This document shows positions 54,446-64,000 of a DNA stretch of 64,000 bases, in pieces. Source of the stretch: a virus (Duplodnaviria; Caudoviricetes). The DNA lies in IMG/VR virus record IMGVR_UViG_2515154161_000003, positions 34,636 through 98,635 of that record. One strand, given 5' to 3'. How positions within the stretch are numbered: the stretch's first letter is position 1; each line of letters starts with the position of its first letter. A program made the position numbers and the translations under genes. Under the pieces are notes generated by a model. The model had not been told where the DNA came from and searched no databases. It worked only from the letters and a program-made list of their open reading frames with translations.

Positions 54446-55171
54446 ATGAAAGACATCAGCATTACCGATGATGTGCTCGATAGCCGTGACGTTGAGGCGA
54501 GGATTGATTTCCTCAGAATTGGAAACGACTTTCTGCCTGAAGACGTAACTGCAGATGAGTTGCGCAAGTGGCTTAACAGCGAAATCGCATTTGGCGACGG
54601 CGACGAGAGTGCTGGAGATGCTGCGGTCACGCACATCCGAGGTACGAAAGATCTGGATGATCTGGAGACCATGTGCGAGAGCATAGGCTTTTTCAGCGAC
54701 GCTCTCCACATGGCCGGAGCACCCGACGACGCAGATGCCGCCGAGTGGTTCGAAGGGCTTTCTGAAGCTGAGCAACGTGGTGCCCTGGGCATCATTCAAA
54801 AATACATCATCGACGGGCTGAACACAGACCCAGATCGAATCGCTTTCTGTGAGCAGTTCGACGTGGAGTATCAGCGCTGGTTTGATGGAGTCACGGACGA
54901 TGTTGACGAACTCGAAGAACTTGCTGACTGGCTGGATCTGCGCGAACAGGCAGAGGCTTACAACATGGAATGGGGCCGTGGTGCCGCCCTCATCTCGGCT
55001 GACCATTGGGCTACGTACTGTCAAGAGCTTGCGGAAGACATAGGGGCCATTCCGAAAGACGTGACGTGGCCTTGCAATCACATTGACTGGGAGGCTGCGG
55101 CCGAAGAACTGAAAAGCGACTACACCGAACTGGAAGTCGCAGGCCAGTCATTCTGGATAAGGAACACATGA
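54446..55171 (+). CDS. Highly acidic protein, ArdA-like antirestriction/DNA-mimic candidate
   Basis: Very D/E-rich; C-terminal YCQELAEDIG.IP...HIDWEAAAEEL..DY. Confidence 0.55.
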   Translation: MKDISITDDVLDSRDVEARIDFLRIGNDFLPEDVTADELRKWLNSEIAFGDGDESAGDAAVTHIRGTKDLDDLETMCESIGFFSDALHMAGAPDDADAAEWFEGLSEAEQRGALGIIQKYIIDGLNTDPDRIAFCEQFDVEYQRWFDGVTDDVDELEELADWLDLREQAEAYNMEWGRGAALISADHWATYCQELAEDIGAIPKDVTWPCNHIDWEAAAEELKSDYTELEVAGQSFWIRNT

Positions 55172-55533
55172 ACATGAACGCCAACGAACTCGCATGTGCC
55201 CTGCGCCAGTTTACGGGCACGGATCACTGGTATCGCCATCCGCTCAACAGAAACATGCTCTACACAGATGGCGTCAAGTATTTCGCTGATAACGCAGGCA
55301 ACGGGGCGTATTGGTTTCTCGACATCTGTGCGACAGAACTCTACGAACTGCAAGCAGAAGAAGGCTTCATTTCGGTCTGGCTTGATGTGCAGGACGACAA
55401 GGCAATGATCGCTGCCGATGATGGCAACGACAAAGATCTCTATAGCAAGACCATCGAATACACCGACTGCCCTCCAGGCGAATGGAAATTCTTCTTTACG
55501 GACAAGGTTCTGCTCCTTACTTCGGAATACTGA
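55168..55533 (+). CDS. DUF6876-like phage/plasmid protein
   Basis: QFTGT..WYRH...YTDGV...AYWFLD...DDGN...IEYTD.P...VLLLTSEY. Confidence 0.75.
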   Translation: MNMNANELACALRQFTGTDHWYRHPLNRNMLYTDGVKYFADNAGNGAYWFLDICATELYELQAEEGFISVWLDVQDDKAMIAADDGNDKDLYSKTIEYTDCPPGEWKFFFTDKVLLLTSEY

Positions 55534-55535
55534 AC

Positions 55536-55898
55536 ATGGAAATCAAAGTCACTCACACTCTAACGCTGTCTGAAGAAACCAAGTTTTTTCTGAAAGAGCT
55601 TTTCGGAAAGGTTCCTTCCTCCTCCACATCCTCCTGGCCTTTCCCTGAACGCCCGGAAGAAAGCCCTGCCTCACAGGCACCGAAAGAACGTCTCAATACC
55701 ACACCGGAAGGTACAGCCACGACTCGCATCGGTGCAGAGACCAAGGCATCCATCCTGAAGGCACTGCCTGCAACGCTTGACGTGGTTGCCAAAAGCGTAA
55801 AACGCCAGCCGCTGATTGTTCAGGATCTGCTCAAGCTCCTGTGGGAGCGTGGCGAGGTCAAGTTCGACGGCACCGAATACTATCGGGAAGGAGATTGA
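55536..55898 (+). CDS. Protein with a C-terminal winged-helix-like domain
   Basis: ATLDVVAKSV...VQDLLKLLWERGEVKFDGTEYY. Confidence 0.65.
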   Translation: MEIKVTHTLTLSEETKFFLKELFGKVPSSSTSSWPFPERPEESPASQAPKERLNTTPEGTATTRIGAETKASILKALPATLDVVAKSVKRQPLIVQDLLKLLWERGEVKFDGTEYYREGD

Positions 55899-55899
55899 C

Positions 55900-56811
55900 A
55901 TGGCACGCAGACTTGCCACCACGAGAGAAGTCTTTCACGCCTGGGCCAGCCGTCGACATTCCAATGGCTTGTGTGGGAATGTGCGCTTCGATGGCCCTGT
56001 GCTGTTCAGTTACGCGGAGCCCATTGCCTATCTGCTTGATGATGAGCGCGTGATGATCCGTTCCGAACGCTTCAGCGTAACCACTTCCAGCCACCAAAGC
56101 CTCGCTGCAAGTGCCGTGCACCACACGCAGAGAATTTATGCACCGCACCTGCCCTCTCACCCACTCAGTGAGCCGGAAGACATCCGCATTGTGCATGCTG
56201 AAAATGACCGCCGGTGGCTCAAGCAGGCGGACGAGCTGCGGGCACGTTACCTGGAAAACAAGCGAAAGACCTCAGTTCTTCGGGAACTGAACACGGTTCT
56301 CACTGAGCGTGACACCTACTCAACGTTCTTCGAGTTGGGGTGGACACGCCCGTCAATGGGCGAGATCGACGCACGTCTTGCCGAACAGGAGATAGAGTTT
56401 CACCGCCAAGCCCTGGCAAGGCATGAACTGGCGATGAAACTCGCCCAGGAGAACGCCGAAGAACAACAAGAGGCACTGGCTGACTGGCGTAAGCACATCG
56501 TCCGTCGTTACCCGTACTTCGAACAAACAGCTCTAAGACTCTCACAAGATCTGACAGAGATAGAGACATCCAAAGGAGCGAAAGTACCTGTATCCGTGGC
56601 AGAAACGCTATGGAAGCTCGCCCAGAAATGCCGGGCAGCATGCACACAGTATGTGCCCGCGAACGTTCATTTCAGTGTAGGTGACTATCGGCTTCTCCGC
56701 GTGGAGAACGACGGCTCCCTGGTGATTGGTTGCCACACCATTCCGTTCTCGGAGTTGGAGCCTATTGCCGAGCAACTGGGGCTTTGCAACAAGGAGGCCG
56801 CTCATGTCTGA
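55900..56811 (+). CDS. Conserved phage hypothetical protein
   Basis: HAWA...LFSY...FSVTTSSHQS; ETSKGA.VP; IGCHTIP. Confidence 0.75.
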   Translation: MARRLATTREVFHAWASRRHSNGLCGNVRFDGPVLFSYAEPIAYLLDDERVMIRSERFSVTTSSHQSLAASAVHHTQRIYAPHLPSHPLSEPEDIRIVHAENDRRWLKQADELRARYLENKRKTSVLRELNTVLTERDTYSTFFELGWTRPSMGEIDARLAEQEIEFHRQALARHELAMKLAQENAEEQQEALADWRKHIVRRYPYFEQTALRLSQDLTEIETSKGAKVPVSVAETLWKLAQKCRAACTQYVPANVHFSVGDYRLLRVENDGSLVIGCHTIPFSELEPIAEQLGLCNKEAAHV

Positions 56812-56852
56812 AGTATTTATTGCGGGCTACAACGCTTTGGAGCAAACACGAA

Positions 56853-57722
56853 ATGAATAGCAACTTCAAACCCATCCTCGCCTCGCCCGCAGACCTGAAG
56901 AATCTGTCCTGGCCGCTGCTGGCGTCGGCCAAGCTCGATGGAATTCGCGCCATCGTGATTGACGGTGTTGTGCTCTCACGCAAGCTCAAACCGATTCCCA
57001 ATCTGCATGTGCAAAAACTCTTCGCCAAGTACGAGCACTTTGATGGTGAGCTGATCGTGGGAGACCCCACCAGCAAGAGCTGTTTCCGCGACACCACCAG
57101 CGGCGTGATGTCTGTCGATGGCGAACCAGATGTTAAGTTCTACGTGTTTGATCACATCGCAGAATCCAACGCACCCTACTCCAAGCGAATCAAGCGTGTG
57201 AAGGCCAGCAGCACGGCCAAGCATATCGTTCGAGTTGCCCAGCATCTTGTCCAGGACCTGGATCAGCTTCTCGCGCTGGAGAGGCAGCACCTGGATGCGG
57301 GGTATGAGGGCTTGATTCTGCGTGACCCGGAGGGCTGCTACAAGCACGGGCGCAGCACGGCCAGAGAAGGCATCCTGCTCAAGCTCAAGCGTTTTGAGGA
57401 CAGCGAAGCCGAAGTCATTGGATTGGTTGAGCAGATGCACAACGGCAACGAAGCCACGACCGACAATCTGGGGCGCACCAAGCGCAGCTCACACAAGGCC
57501 AACAAAACAGGCAAAGGCACGCTGGGTGCGTTACAGGTCCGCTGGGGCGAAATCGAGTTCGAAATCGGTACAGGCCTGGACGACGAACTCCGCCAGAAGA
57601 TTTGGGACAACCAGAACCACTACATGGGCAAGCTGGTGAAGTTCAAATACTTCCCCGTAGGCGTAAAGGAAAAGCCCCGCCACCCTGTGTTCCTTGGGTT
57701 CCGCGATGCAAAGGATATGTGA
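56853..57722 (+). CDS. ATP-dependent DNA ligase
   Basis: KLDGIR, DGEL, YVFD, EGLILRDP, YKHGRS, LLKLK, IGTG, PRHPVF. Confidence 0.92.
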   Translation: MNSNFKPILASPADLKNLSWPLLASAKLDGIRAIVIDGVVLSRKLKPIPNLHVQKLFAKYEHFDGELIVGDPTSKSCFRDTTSGVMSVDGEPDVKFYVFDHIAESNAPYSKRIKRVKASSTAKHIVRVAQHLVQDLDQLLALERQHLDAGYEGLILRDPEGCYKHGRSTAREGILLKLKRFEDSEAEVIGLVEQMHNGNEATTDNLGRTKRSSHKANKTGKGTLGALQVRWGEIEFEIGTGLDDELRQKIWDNQNHYMGKLVKFKYFPVGVKEKPRHPVFLGFRDAKDM

Positions 57723-57723
57723 C

Positions 57724-57933
57724 ATGCCCGAATACACCGTTGTTTGGGAAATACAAATCTCTGCTGAGAGCCATGAGGAAGCGGCTGCGGAGGCTCTTGA
57801 GATCATGCGACGCCCAGACTCGATAGCCACTGTTTTTCATGTTACTGACAAAGATGACGTACAGGTTGTCTGCGACGCAGGAGAAGGTATCGTGCTGCGA
57901 GATGAGAGAGAGCACGGTAAAACACAAACATAG
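57724..57933 (+). CDS. Small hypothetical protein
   Basis: YTVVWEIQISAES.EEAA..A...RPDSIATVF. Confidence 0.7.
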   Translation: MPEYTVVWEIQISAESHEEAAAEALEIMRRPDSIATVFHVTDKDDVQVVCDAGEGIVLRDEREHGKTQT

Positions 57934-57958
57934 TCAACCCAAAGTAGCCATATCAACC

Positions 57959-58246
57959 ATGTCCACACGATATAAAACCATAGCGCAGTTTTCCAGGGAA
58001 TCCGGTTACACCGAACATGCAATCAGAGGAAAGATCCGCGATGGCGTCTGGATGGAACGACGTGTCTGGCGCCGCGCCCCGGATGGTCACATTCTCATTG
58101 ATACAGAAGGATATTCAGAATGGGTAGAGAACGAAAACGGACTGGCGTCACAGCCATCTCCAGCTCATCAATCCAAATCACCTTCACGTACAAAGGTGTC
58201 CTTTGCCGCGAGCGAATCAAGCTGCAGCCCACCGCCGCTAATCTGA
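57959..58246 (+). CDS. xis: Excisionase overlapping int
   Basis: RYKTIAQFSRESGYTEHAIRGKIRDGVW...APDGHILID. Confidence 0.85.
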   Translation: MSTRYKTIAQFSRESGYTEHAIRGKIRDGVWMERRVWRRAPDGHILIDTEGYSEWVENENGLASQPSPAHQSKSPSRTKVSFAASESSCSPPPLI

Positions 58247-59295
58247 CCCGAGCCGAACAGCACCGTGGCGCAATCATGGATGCCATCGCGCGTGGCACTT
58301 TTGACTACGCGGCCACCTTCCCTGATTCGCCCAAGCGTTTTCTTTTTTCCGAGAAGAAAGGGGACGGCTATCTCTTGTGCGTATGGCTTGAATCCTGGAT
58401 TGACCGGCAAAGGCAGTTTTTGAAAGACTCCACGTGGGACGATTACAGGAAGATAGTGTTCAATATACTGATTCCAGCTTTCGGTAAAATCGCACTCTCC
58501 GATATCAAGCGCAGCCACATCCGGGAGTGGTGCGAGAAGCAACAAGCTGGCAACAAACGCCTCGCCAACATACAGGGTACGCTGCGCAGGGCGTTACAGG
58601 ATGCACTGGATGATGACCTAATGGACACCAACCCACTGCATGGGTGGAAATTTGCACGGAGGGAAGCACCTAAATTAGAGGATGACGTTGATCCGTTCTC
58701 CGCAGATGAGCAGGAGGCCATCCTCAAGGCATGCGCCAACCCTCAGTATCGCAACCTGATCCAGTTTGCCTTTTGGTCTGGCCTGCGTACATCCGAATTG
58801 GTGGCCCTGGAATGGAGGGACATCGACTTCGGACGAGGCTTGATCCGCGTACAACGCGCCAAAACCCAGAAGTCAAAAATGGCGGAGGGAACCAAGACAC
58901 GTAGAGGCACCCGCGAAGTGAAACTGCTTCCCGCAGCACGACGTGCGCTGGAGGCGCAAAAGCCTTTTACCTTTCAAGCAGGCGAGCATGTGTTTATCAA
59001 CCCCAGAACCCAGCTCCCTTGGCGAGGCGACCAGCCAATCCGCCGGACAGTCTGGATACCGGCGCTCAAGCTCGCAGGCGTGCGCTACCGGCGTCCCTAC
59101 CAGACCCGGCACACCTACGCGTCGATGATGCTCACTGCGGGTGAGTCACCTATCTGGATATCCGCGCAAATGGGGCATGCAGACACATCCATGATCTTCA
59201 GAAACTACGGACGATGGATAACGGATGCCATACCCAACGCTGGGGGCAAGGCTGCGGAAATGTTTGATAGGGGATTGAGCGGGCAGCAGGACTAA
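58120..59295 (+). CDS. int: Tyrosine integrase, homologous to 3146-4408
   Basis: SGLRTSELVAL, TKT, YQTRHTYAS, QMGH, NYG. Confidence 0.95.
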   Translation: MGRERKRTGVTAISSSSIQITFTYKGVLCRERIKLQPTAANLTRAEQHRGAIMDAIARGTFDYAATFPDSPKRFLFSEKKGDGYLLCVWLESWIDRQRQFLKDSTWDDYRKIVFNILIPAFGKIALSDIKRSHIREWCEKQQAGNKRLANIQGTLRRALQDALDDDLMDTNPLHGWKFARREAPKLEDDVDPFSADEQEAILKACANPQYRNLIQFAFWSGLRTSELVALEWRDIDFGRGLIRVQRAKTQKSKMAEGTKTRRGTREVKLLPAARRALEAQKPFTFQAGEHVFINPRTQLPWRGDQPIRRTVWIPALKLAGVRYRRPYQTRHTYASMMLTAGESPIWISAQMGHADTSMIFRNYGRWITDAIPNAGGKAAEMFDRGLSGQQD

Positions 59296-59427
59296 ACACA
59301 GCACGCTGGTACGCACCAACTGTACAGGAGGGCATGGTTTTAATCAACGCCAGGAATCCTGCCTAATTTTTACTCATGCTAACCATCTATTCGAGCATGG
59401 TTATTGCCGCAAAGTGCGGAGGCGGAT

Positions 59428-60876
59428 ATGTTGAATATCGCATCGCTGAAAATACGTTCAGCATTTTCTGTTTATACAATATTCTTGGGCCTTAGCCTCT
59501 CAGGATGCAACACCGCTCAATACCTGAGAGAGACAAACTCCGTTGACGCTACCGGCGCTTTTCAGATCACAGACCGTGATGTCGTCGAAAATGTTGATTT
59601 GAGTTCTTTATTGATGGAGTATGCTCCTCGATCAATCAATGATATATGCAAAGACATAAACAAAACTGAACCCAGCCCACCAGCACCTTCATCTAGTGCG
59701 CCTGTATCTACAAACCCTGAAGGCGAAAAACTCAACAAAGCATTGGCATATTTCAACTGCCAGATTGCAGCAACCGCAGATCCTGGCGCAAAAATGCTTG
59801 CCCGGAATTCCGTACAAGAGCGATTGCTCGGTGCATCTCAACAGCGCTGCAACGCGTTCAAAGCCAATCTTCAGCGAACATTTTCTCGCAACAACTTTGG
59901 CCTCGGGGTACTGGCGACAATCAGCGCAACGCTTGGGGCTTTAACCACCTCCCCAACGGCAGCGACTCACTGGGCAGGCAGTTCCGCGATCTTTAGCGGG
60001 ACGCGGGCTGAATTTAATCAAGACTACATGGCTAATCTTGCCGCACACATCATCACCGAGGGCATCGACCATCGCAGAGAAGTGGTGTATGACAAGATAC
60101 AAACATCCGGTCAAAACAAGAGTTATCCAAGCTATCCAGTTGATGCTGCCATCAAGGATGCATTCTATTATCACGGCCAGTGCACTGTGTTGGCAGGCTT
60201 CCAGGAAGCCTCTGACGCAATCAAGTACGTAAAAGACCCTGGAATCAATACCTCTATCATGCAATTGGCTCGATTCAAAGCAGCAACCAGCATGCTGGCC
60301 GGGAACAGCCAGGAAGCGGTCAATTTCATGAAAACAGGAAGTGCGATTACAGATGCGACTCCGGCAACAGTAGGTTCGAAGTTGGACATAGCATCGCAAG
60401 GCAACTACGATGCAAGATTTACCGCAGCTGTTTCACAGCTAGAAAAGGCAAGGAATGATTTGAAAACATACTCTGCTGCCCGTAAAGAAGACGCAAAAAA
60501 ACAAGCAAAGAAGGACCCCAAACGCGTTTATATAACTGAGAGTGAGTTTGACATTTCGTTTAAGGAAGAAAATGAATTGAAAACAATAGTAACCGACTGC
60601 GGGACCATAATCTCAGAGTTTCTTCAACACGCAAGCACCCGTATAGCTGGCACCACCTCTCCAGTTACAGTATTACGAGGAAATATCGAGGAAATGCAAG
60701 GCGCATCGATTGCACATGCAGCACAGCTACTCGCAGATGACTACACCGCAAAAGTAATCAGCACCAATAACGGTTGGACAGGATGGATCGAGTCTGGCAA
60801 GGAAGATAGCAAACCTGACTCAGCCCCCACGCTTGACGACACGTTAAAGAAAAACTTGGACGCTCTTTGCAAATAG
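59428..60876 (+). CDS. Lipoprotein, hypothetical
   Basis: GGAGG RBS; lipobox LSLSG|C; internal hydrophobic hairpin. Confidence 0.75.
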   Translation: MLNIASLKIRSAFSVYTIFLGLSLSGCNTAQYLRETNSVDATGAFQITDRDVVENVDLSSLLMEYAPRSINDICKDINKTEPSPPAPSSSAPVSTNPEGEKLNKALAYFNCQIAATADPGAKMLARNSVQERLLGASQQRCNAFKANLQRTFSRNNFGLGVLATISATLGALTTSPTAATHWAGSSAIFSGTRAEFNQDYMANLAAHIITEGIDHRREVVYDKIQTSGQNKSYPSYPVDAAIKDAFYYHGQCTVLAGFQEASDAIKYVKDPGINTSIMQLARFKAATSMLAGNSQEAVNFMKTGSAITDATPATVGSKLDIASQGNYDARFTAAVSQLEKARNDLKTYSAARKEDAKKQAKKDPKRVYITESEFDISFKEENELKTIVTDCGTIISEFLQHASTRIAGTTSPVTVLRGNIEEMQGASIAHAAQLLADDYTAKVISTNNGWTGWIESGKEDSKPDSAPTLDDTLKKNLDALCK

Positions 60877-60889
60877 TCCGAAGGACTGC

Positions 60890-63800
60890 TCACTCCCAGC
60901 CTTCGGCCACAGTCTCCGCTTGCTGCAGTACCAGTTGCACGGCTTCTTCCTGTTTGTCGGGCGGGTACTTGTATTTGCGCAAGATGCGCTTGACCATCAG
61001 GCGCAGCTTGGCTCGCACGTTTTCGCGTTGCGACCAGTCGACCGACACGTTTGCGCGCAGGCTGGCGGCGAGTTCATGGGCGATCTTTGCCAGTGTGGCA
61101 TCCCCCAGCTCCAGCACTGACGCTTCGTTGTTGGCAAGTGCGTCATAGAAAGCCAGTTCATCCTCGTTCAGCCCGAGCTTCTCACCACGGTCTGCTGCGG
61201 TTTTGAACTTCTTGGCCATCTCGACCAGTTCTTCCATCACCTGTGCTGCTTCGATGCTGCGGTTCTGGTAACGGGTCACTACGTTGCTGAGTAGTTCGGA
61301 GAACTTCTTCTGCTGCACGATGTTGCTGGCAAAGCGGCTTTTGATCTCGCCTTCCAGCAGGCGTTCCAGAAGCTCCACCGCCAGATTGCGCTCCGGCAGC
61401 GCCTTCACCTGATCCAGAAAATCATCATCCAGCAAGCCGATGTTGGGCTTATCCAGGCCCACCGCTTCGAAAATATCCACGACCCCGTTGGCAACGACGT
61501 ACTTTGCCACCACCTGCTGCACAGCAAGCTCCCGCTGCTCGTCCGTTAGCTTCTTCGCCACGATGTCGCGCTTGGTTAGCAGCACCTTGATCGCGCTGAA
61601 GAAGGCAACCTCTTCCCGCACGGCCTTGGCTGCATCCAGCGTGCAGCACAGCGTAAAGGCCTTGCTCATCGCCAGAGCGTTATCCGCAAAGCGCTTCTTG
61701 CCATCCTTGATGCCCAGCACAAAGTCCGCAGCCCTCCCCAGCAGTCGGTGTCCTCCAGTCAGGTAGTCGCTGTAATCAAAGTCATGAAGCATTCCGCGCA
61801 GCACATCCAGCTTCTCTTCCAGCACAGCGTAGGCTTCACGGGCATCCACAGTGGGTCGGCCCCGGCCATTGCTGGCGGTATATTCCTTCAGCGCACTTTT
61901 CAGCTCACTGGCAATGCCGATGTAATCGACTACCAGCCCGCCTTCTTTGCCCTTGAAAACACGATTGACGCGGGCAATCGCCTGCATCAGATTGTGGCCC
62001 TTCATGGGTTTATCCACGTAGAGCGTATGGACGCAAGGCGCATCGAAACCCGTGAGCCACATATCCCGCACGATCACAAGCTTGAGCGGGTCGGCAGGGT
62101 CTTTGAAACGCTTTTCCAGGCGCTTCTTTACCTGCTTGCTGTAGATATGGGGGCGGAGCATCGCCTTGTCGGAGGCCGAACCTGTCATCACGATCTTGAT
62201 GGCGCCCTTCTCCGGGTCGGCATCGTGCCAGTCCGGGCGCAGCTTGATGATTGCTTCGTATAGATGCACACAGATTTCGCGGCTCATCGCCACTACCATC
62301 GCCTTACCATTGCGCAGCCCGTCATTGGACTGGTTGCGCGTCTCGAAGTGCTCCACGAGGTCCGCTGCCACCTGTGCAATACGTGGCGCTGCCCCAACCA
62401 GCTTTTCCAGCGCGGCCCAGCGGCTCTTCAGGCGGGCCTGTTCGTTCTCTTCCTCATCCTCGGCCAGCTCATCGACTTCATCGTCAATATTGGGCAGATC
62501 ATCCTGATTCAGGCCCAGCTTTGCCAAGCGTGATTCGTAATAGATCGGCACCGTGGCGCCATCATCCTGCGCCTGCTGCATGTCATACACATGGATGTAG
62601 TCGCCAAACACGGCGCGTGTATCGCGGTCGGTGCTCGAAACCGGTGTGCCGGTAAAGGCGACAAAGGTCGCATTCGGCAGCGCATCGCGCAGATGCTGGG
62701 CATACCCTACCTGAAAACGCTCTGCCCCCGGCTTACCCTTAAGCTTGGCTTCAAACCCGTATTGGGTACGATGCGCTTCATCCGCAATCACCACAATATT
62801 GTGGCGCGCACTCAGCGCCGGGAAAACCGTCTCCCCCTCCAAAAGCATGAACTTCTGGATCGTCGCAAATACAATCCCGCCCGATGGCCGATTCGCCAGC
62901 AGGCTGCGCAGCTCATCGCGTGAATCCGCCTGCACGGGCTGCTCACGCAGCAAATCCTGCGACAAGGAGAACACGCCAAAAAGCTGCCCATCCAGATCGT
63001 TGCGGTCCGTAATCACCACAATGGTCGGATTCTCCATCGCGGCCTCGCGCATCACGCGAGCCGCAAAGCAAGTCATTGTAATGCTCTTGCCGCTGCCCTG
63101 CGTATGCCAGACTACGCCCCCTTTACCTTTGTCACTGCTGGCCCGTTCTGGCCGGGATGCCTGTACCACCTGCTCAATCGCCGCCCGCACCGCGTGAAAC
63201 TGGTGATAGCCTGCAATTTTCTTGATCAGCCCGCCGTCATCCTCAAACAGCACAAAAAACCGCAGGTAATCCAGCAGATAACGTGGCGCCAGCACCCCAT
63301 ACACCATGGTTTCCAGCTCGCCAAACTGGCCGAAAGGGTCAAGCGCTACCCCATCCACCGTGCGCCACTGCATGAAGCGCTCCGCATTGGCCGAAAGCGA
63401 ACCCATGCGCGCTTCCGAGCCATCCGAGATCACCAGAATCTCGTTGTACTGGAACACATCCGGGATCTGCTCCTTGTATGTCTGGATCTGCTCATACGCC
63501 TTCCAGATATCCGCGTGCGTATCTGCCGGGTTCTTCAGCTCCAGCAAAACCAGCGGCAGACCATTCACAAACAGGATGATGTCGGGTCGACGTGTATGCT
63601 TGGCCCCCTTGATGCTGAACTGGTTGATCGCCAGCCACTCATTCGCTTCCACGCGCTCGAAATCGATCAGGCGCACAAAATCGCCACGTGTCTCGCCATC
63701 TTTCTGGTATTCCACCCGCACGCCATTGACCAGCAGGCTGTGAAAGGCCCGGTTCGCCGAGAGCAGCACCGGCACATCCAGATTGCGCACCTGCCGCAAG

Positions 63801-64000
63801 GCATCCTCACGCGCCGCCAGCGGCACCTGTGGGTTGAGCCGCTCAATCGCCTCCCGCAGCGACCCCAACAGAAGCACCTCGCGGAAATTATCACGCCACG
63901 GGTCCGCCGCATCCGGTGCAATGTCATACCCACACACGTGGCGGTAGCCGGTCTCCACCAGCCAGCTCAGCACTTCCTGTTCGAGTTGGTCTTCAGTCAT
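60890..64000 (-). CDS. hsdR: Type I restriction enzyme R subunit
   Basis: [54 protein letters not shown]. Confidence 0.97.
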   Translation of the reverse strand: MTEDQLEQEVLSWLVETGYRHVCGYDIAPDAADPWRDNFREVLLLGSLREAIERLNPQVPLAAREDALRQVRNLDVPVLLSANRAFHSLLVNGVRVEYQKDGETRGDFVRLIDFERVEANEWLAINQFSIKGAKHTRRPDIILFVNGLPLVLLELKNPADTHADIWKAYEQIQTYKEQIPDVFQYNEILVISDGSEARMGSLSANAERFMQWRTVDGVALDPFGQFGELETMVYGVLAPRYLLDYLRFFVLFEDDGGLIKKIAGYHQFHAVRAAIEQVVQASRPERASSDKGKGGVVWHTQGSGKSITMTCFAARVMREAAMENPTIVVITDRNDLDGQLFGVFSLSQDLLREQPVQADSRDELRSLLANRPSGGIVFATIQKFMLLEGETVFPALSARHNIVVIADEAHRTQYGFEAKLKGKPGAERFQVGYAQHLRDALPNATFVAFTGTPVSSTDRDTRAVFGDYIHVYDMQQAQDDGATVPIYYESRLAKLGLNQDDLPNIDDEVDELAEDEEENEQARLKSRWAALEKLVGAAPRIAQVAADLVEHFETRNQSNDGLRNGKAMVVAMSREICVHLYEAIIKLRPDWHDADPEKGAIKIVMTGSASDKAMLRPHIYSKQVKKRLEKRFKDPADPLKLVIVRDMWLTGFDAPCVHTLYVDKPMKGHNLMQAIARVNRVFKGKEGGLVVDYIGIASELKSALKEYTASNGRGRPTVDAREAYAVLEEKLDVLRGMLHDFDYSDYLTGGHRLLGRAADFVLGIKDGKKRFADNALAMSKAFTLCCTLDAAKAVREEVAFFSAIKVLLTKRDIVAKKLTDEQRELAVQQVVAKYVVANGVVDIFEAVGLDKPNIGLLDDDFLDQVKALPERNLAVELLERLLEGEIKSRFASNIVQQKKFSELLSNVVTRYQNRSIEAAQVMEELVEMAKKFKTAADRGEKLGLNEDELAFYDALANNEASVLELGDATLAKIAHELAASLRANVSVDWSQRENVRAKLRLMVKRILRKYKYPPDKQEEAVQLVLQQAETVAEGWE

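Larger units (their letters stand above)
5193..59295. mobile_element. Podovirus-like temperate prophage, ~54 kb or more (right boundary not seen; may include the lipoprotein and type I R-M)
   Basis: Full set of packaging, head, lysis, ejection, replication and xis/int genes starting at the att fragment. Confidence 0.85.

Noticed and set aside
42158-59295. Genome-wide amber recoding suggested by the TAG at 47240
   Set aside because: Other genes (primase 44560, ORF ending 50918, endolysin) end at TAG right before the next gene; genes are not fragmented
59296-59427. Right att site of prophage 2
   Set aside because: No copy of the ssrA 3' core found here

Overview
The window covers two mobile elements in tandem, separated by a 28-bp tmRNA (ssrA) 3'-end fragment at 5165-5192 that looks like an att site. 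The host is probably a proteobacterium; this cannot be narrowed further from the sequence. (1) 1-5192 is the right end of a P2/phiCTX-like prophage: HUH replication protein A, xis-int and a HigBA/RelE-Xre toxin-antitoxin pair. (2) 5193 to at least 59295 is a ~54-kb podovirus-like temperate prophage. Its leftward late arm carries terS/terL, portal, scaffold, holin, SAR endolysin, an odd spanin-like protein, major capsid, tail/ejection proteins and a 2192-aa polyvalent protein. Its rightward early/replication arm carries primase-helicase, PD-(D/E)XK nuclease, SNF2 helicase, family A DNA polymerase, SSB-like protein, VRR-NUC, DNA ligase and xis-int. Cargo includes a prepilin-like operon, a membrane protein plus DUF900-like hydrolase, a 744-aa low-GC late gene, an HBL/ClyA-like pore-forming toxin and a secreted protein. 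A lipoprotein and a type I R-M HsdR follow the integrase and may still belong to the island. The most unusual signals are non-coding. One is a ~30-bp, 10-bp-phased TCT-N3-AGA operator-like element found in front of six early and late operons, in a prophage with no recognisable CI repressor. The other is a structured capsid mRNA leader with three copies of an RCCN-GCGA-Y(R/N)-AGGC hairpin. All protein family calls come from motifs recognised by eye; no database searches were run.
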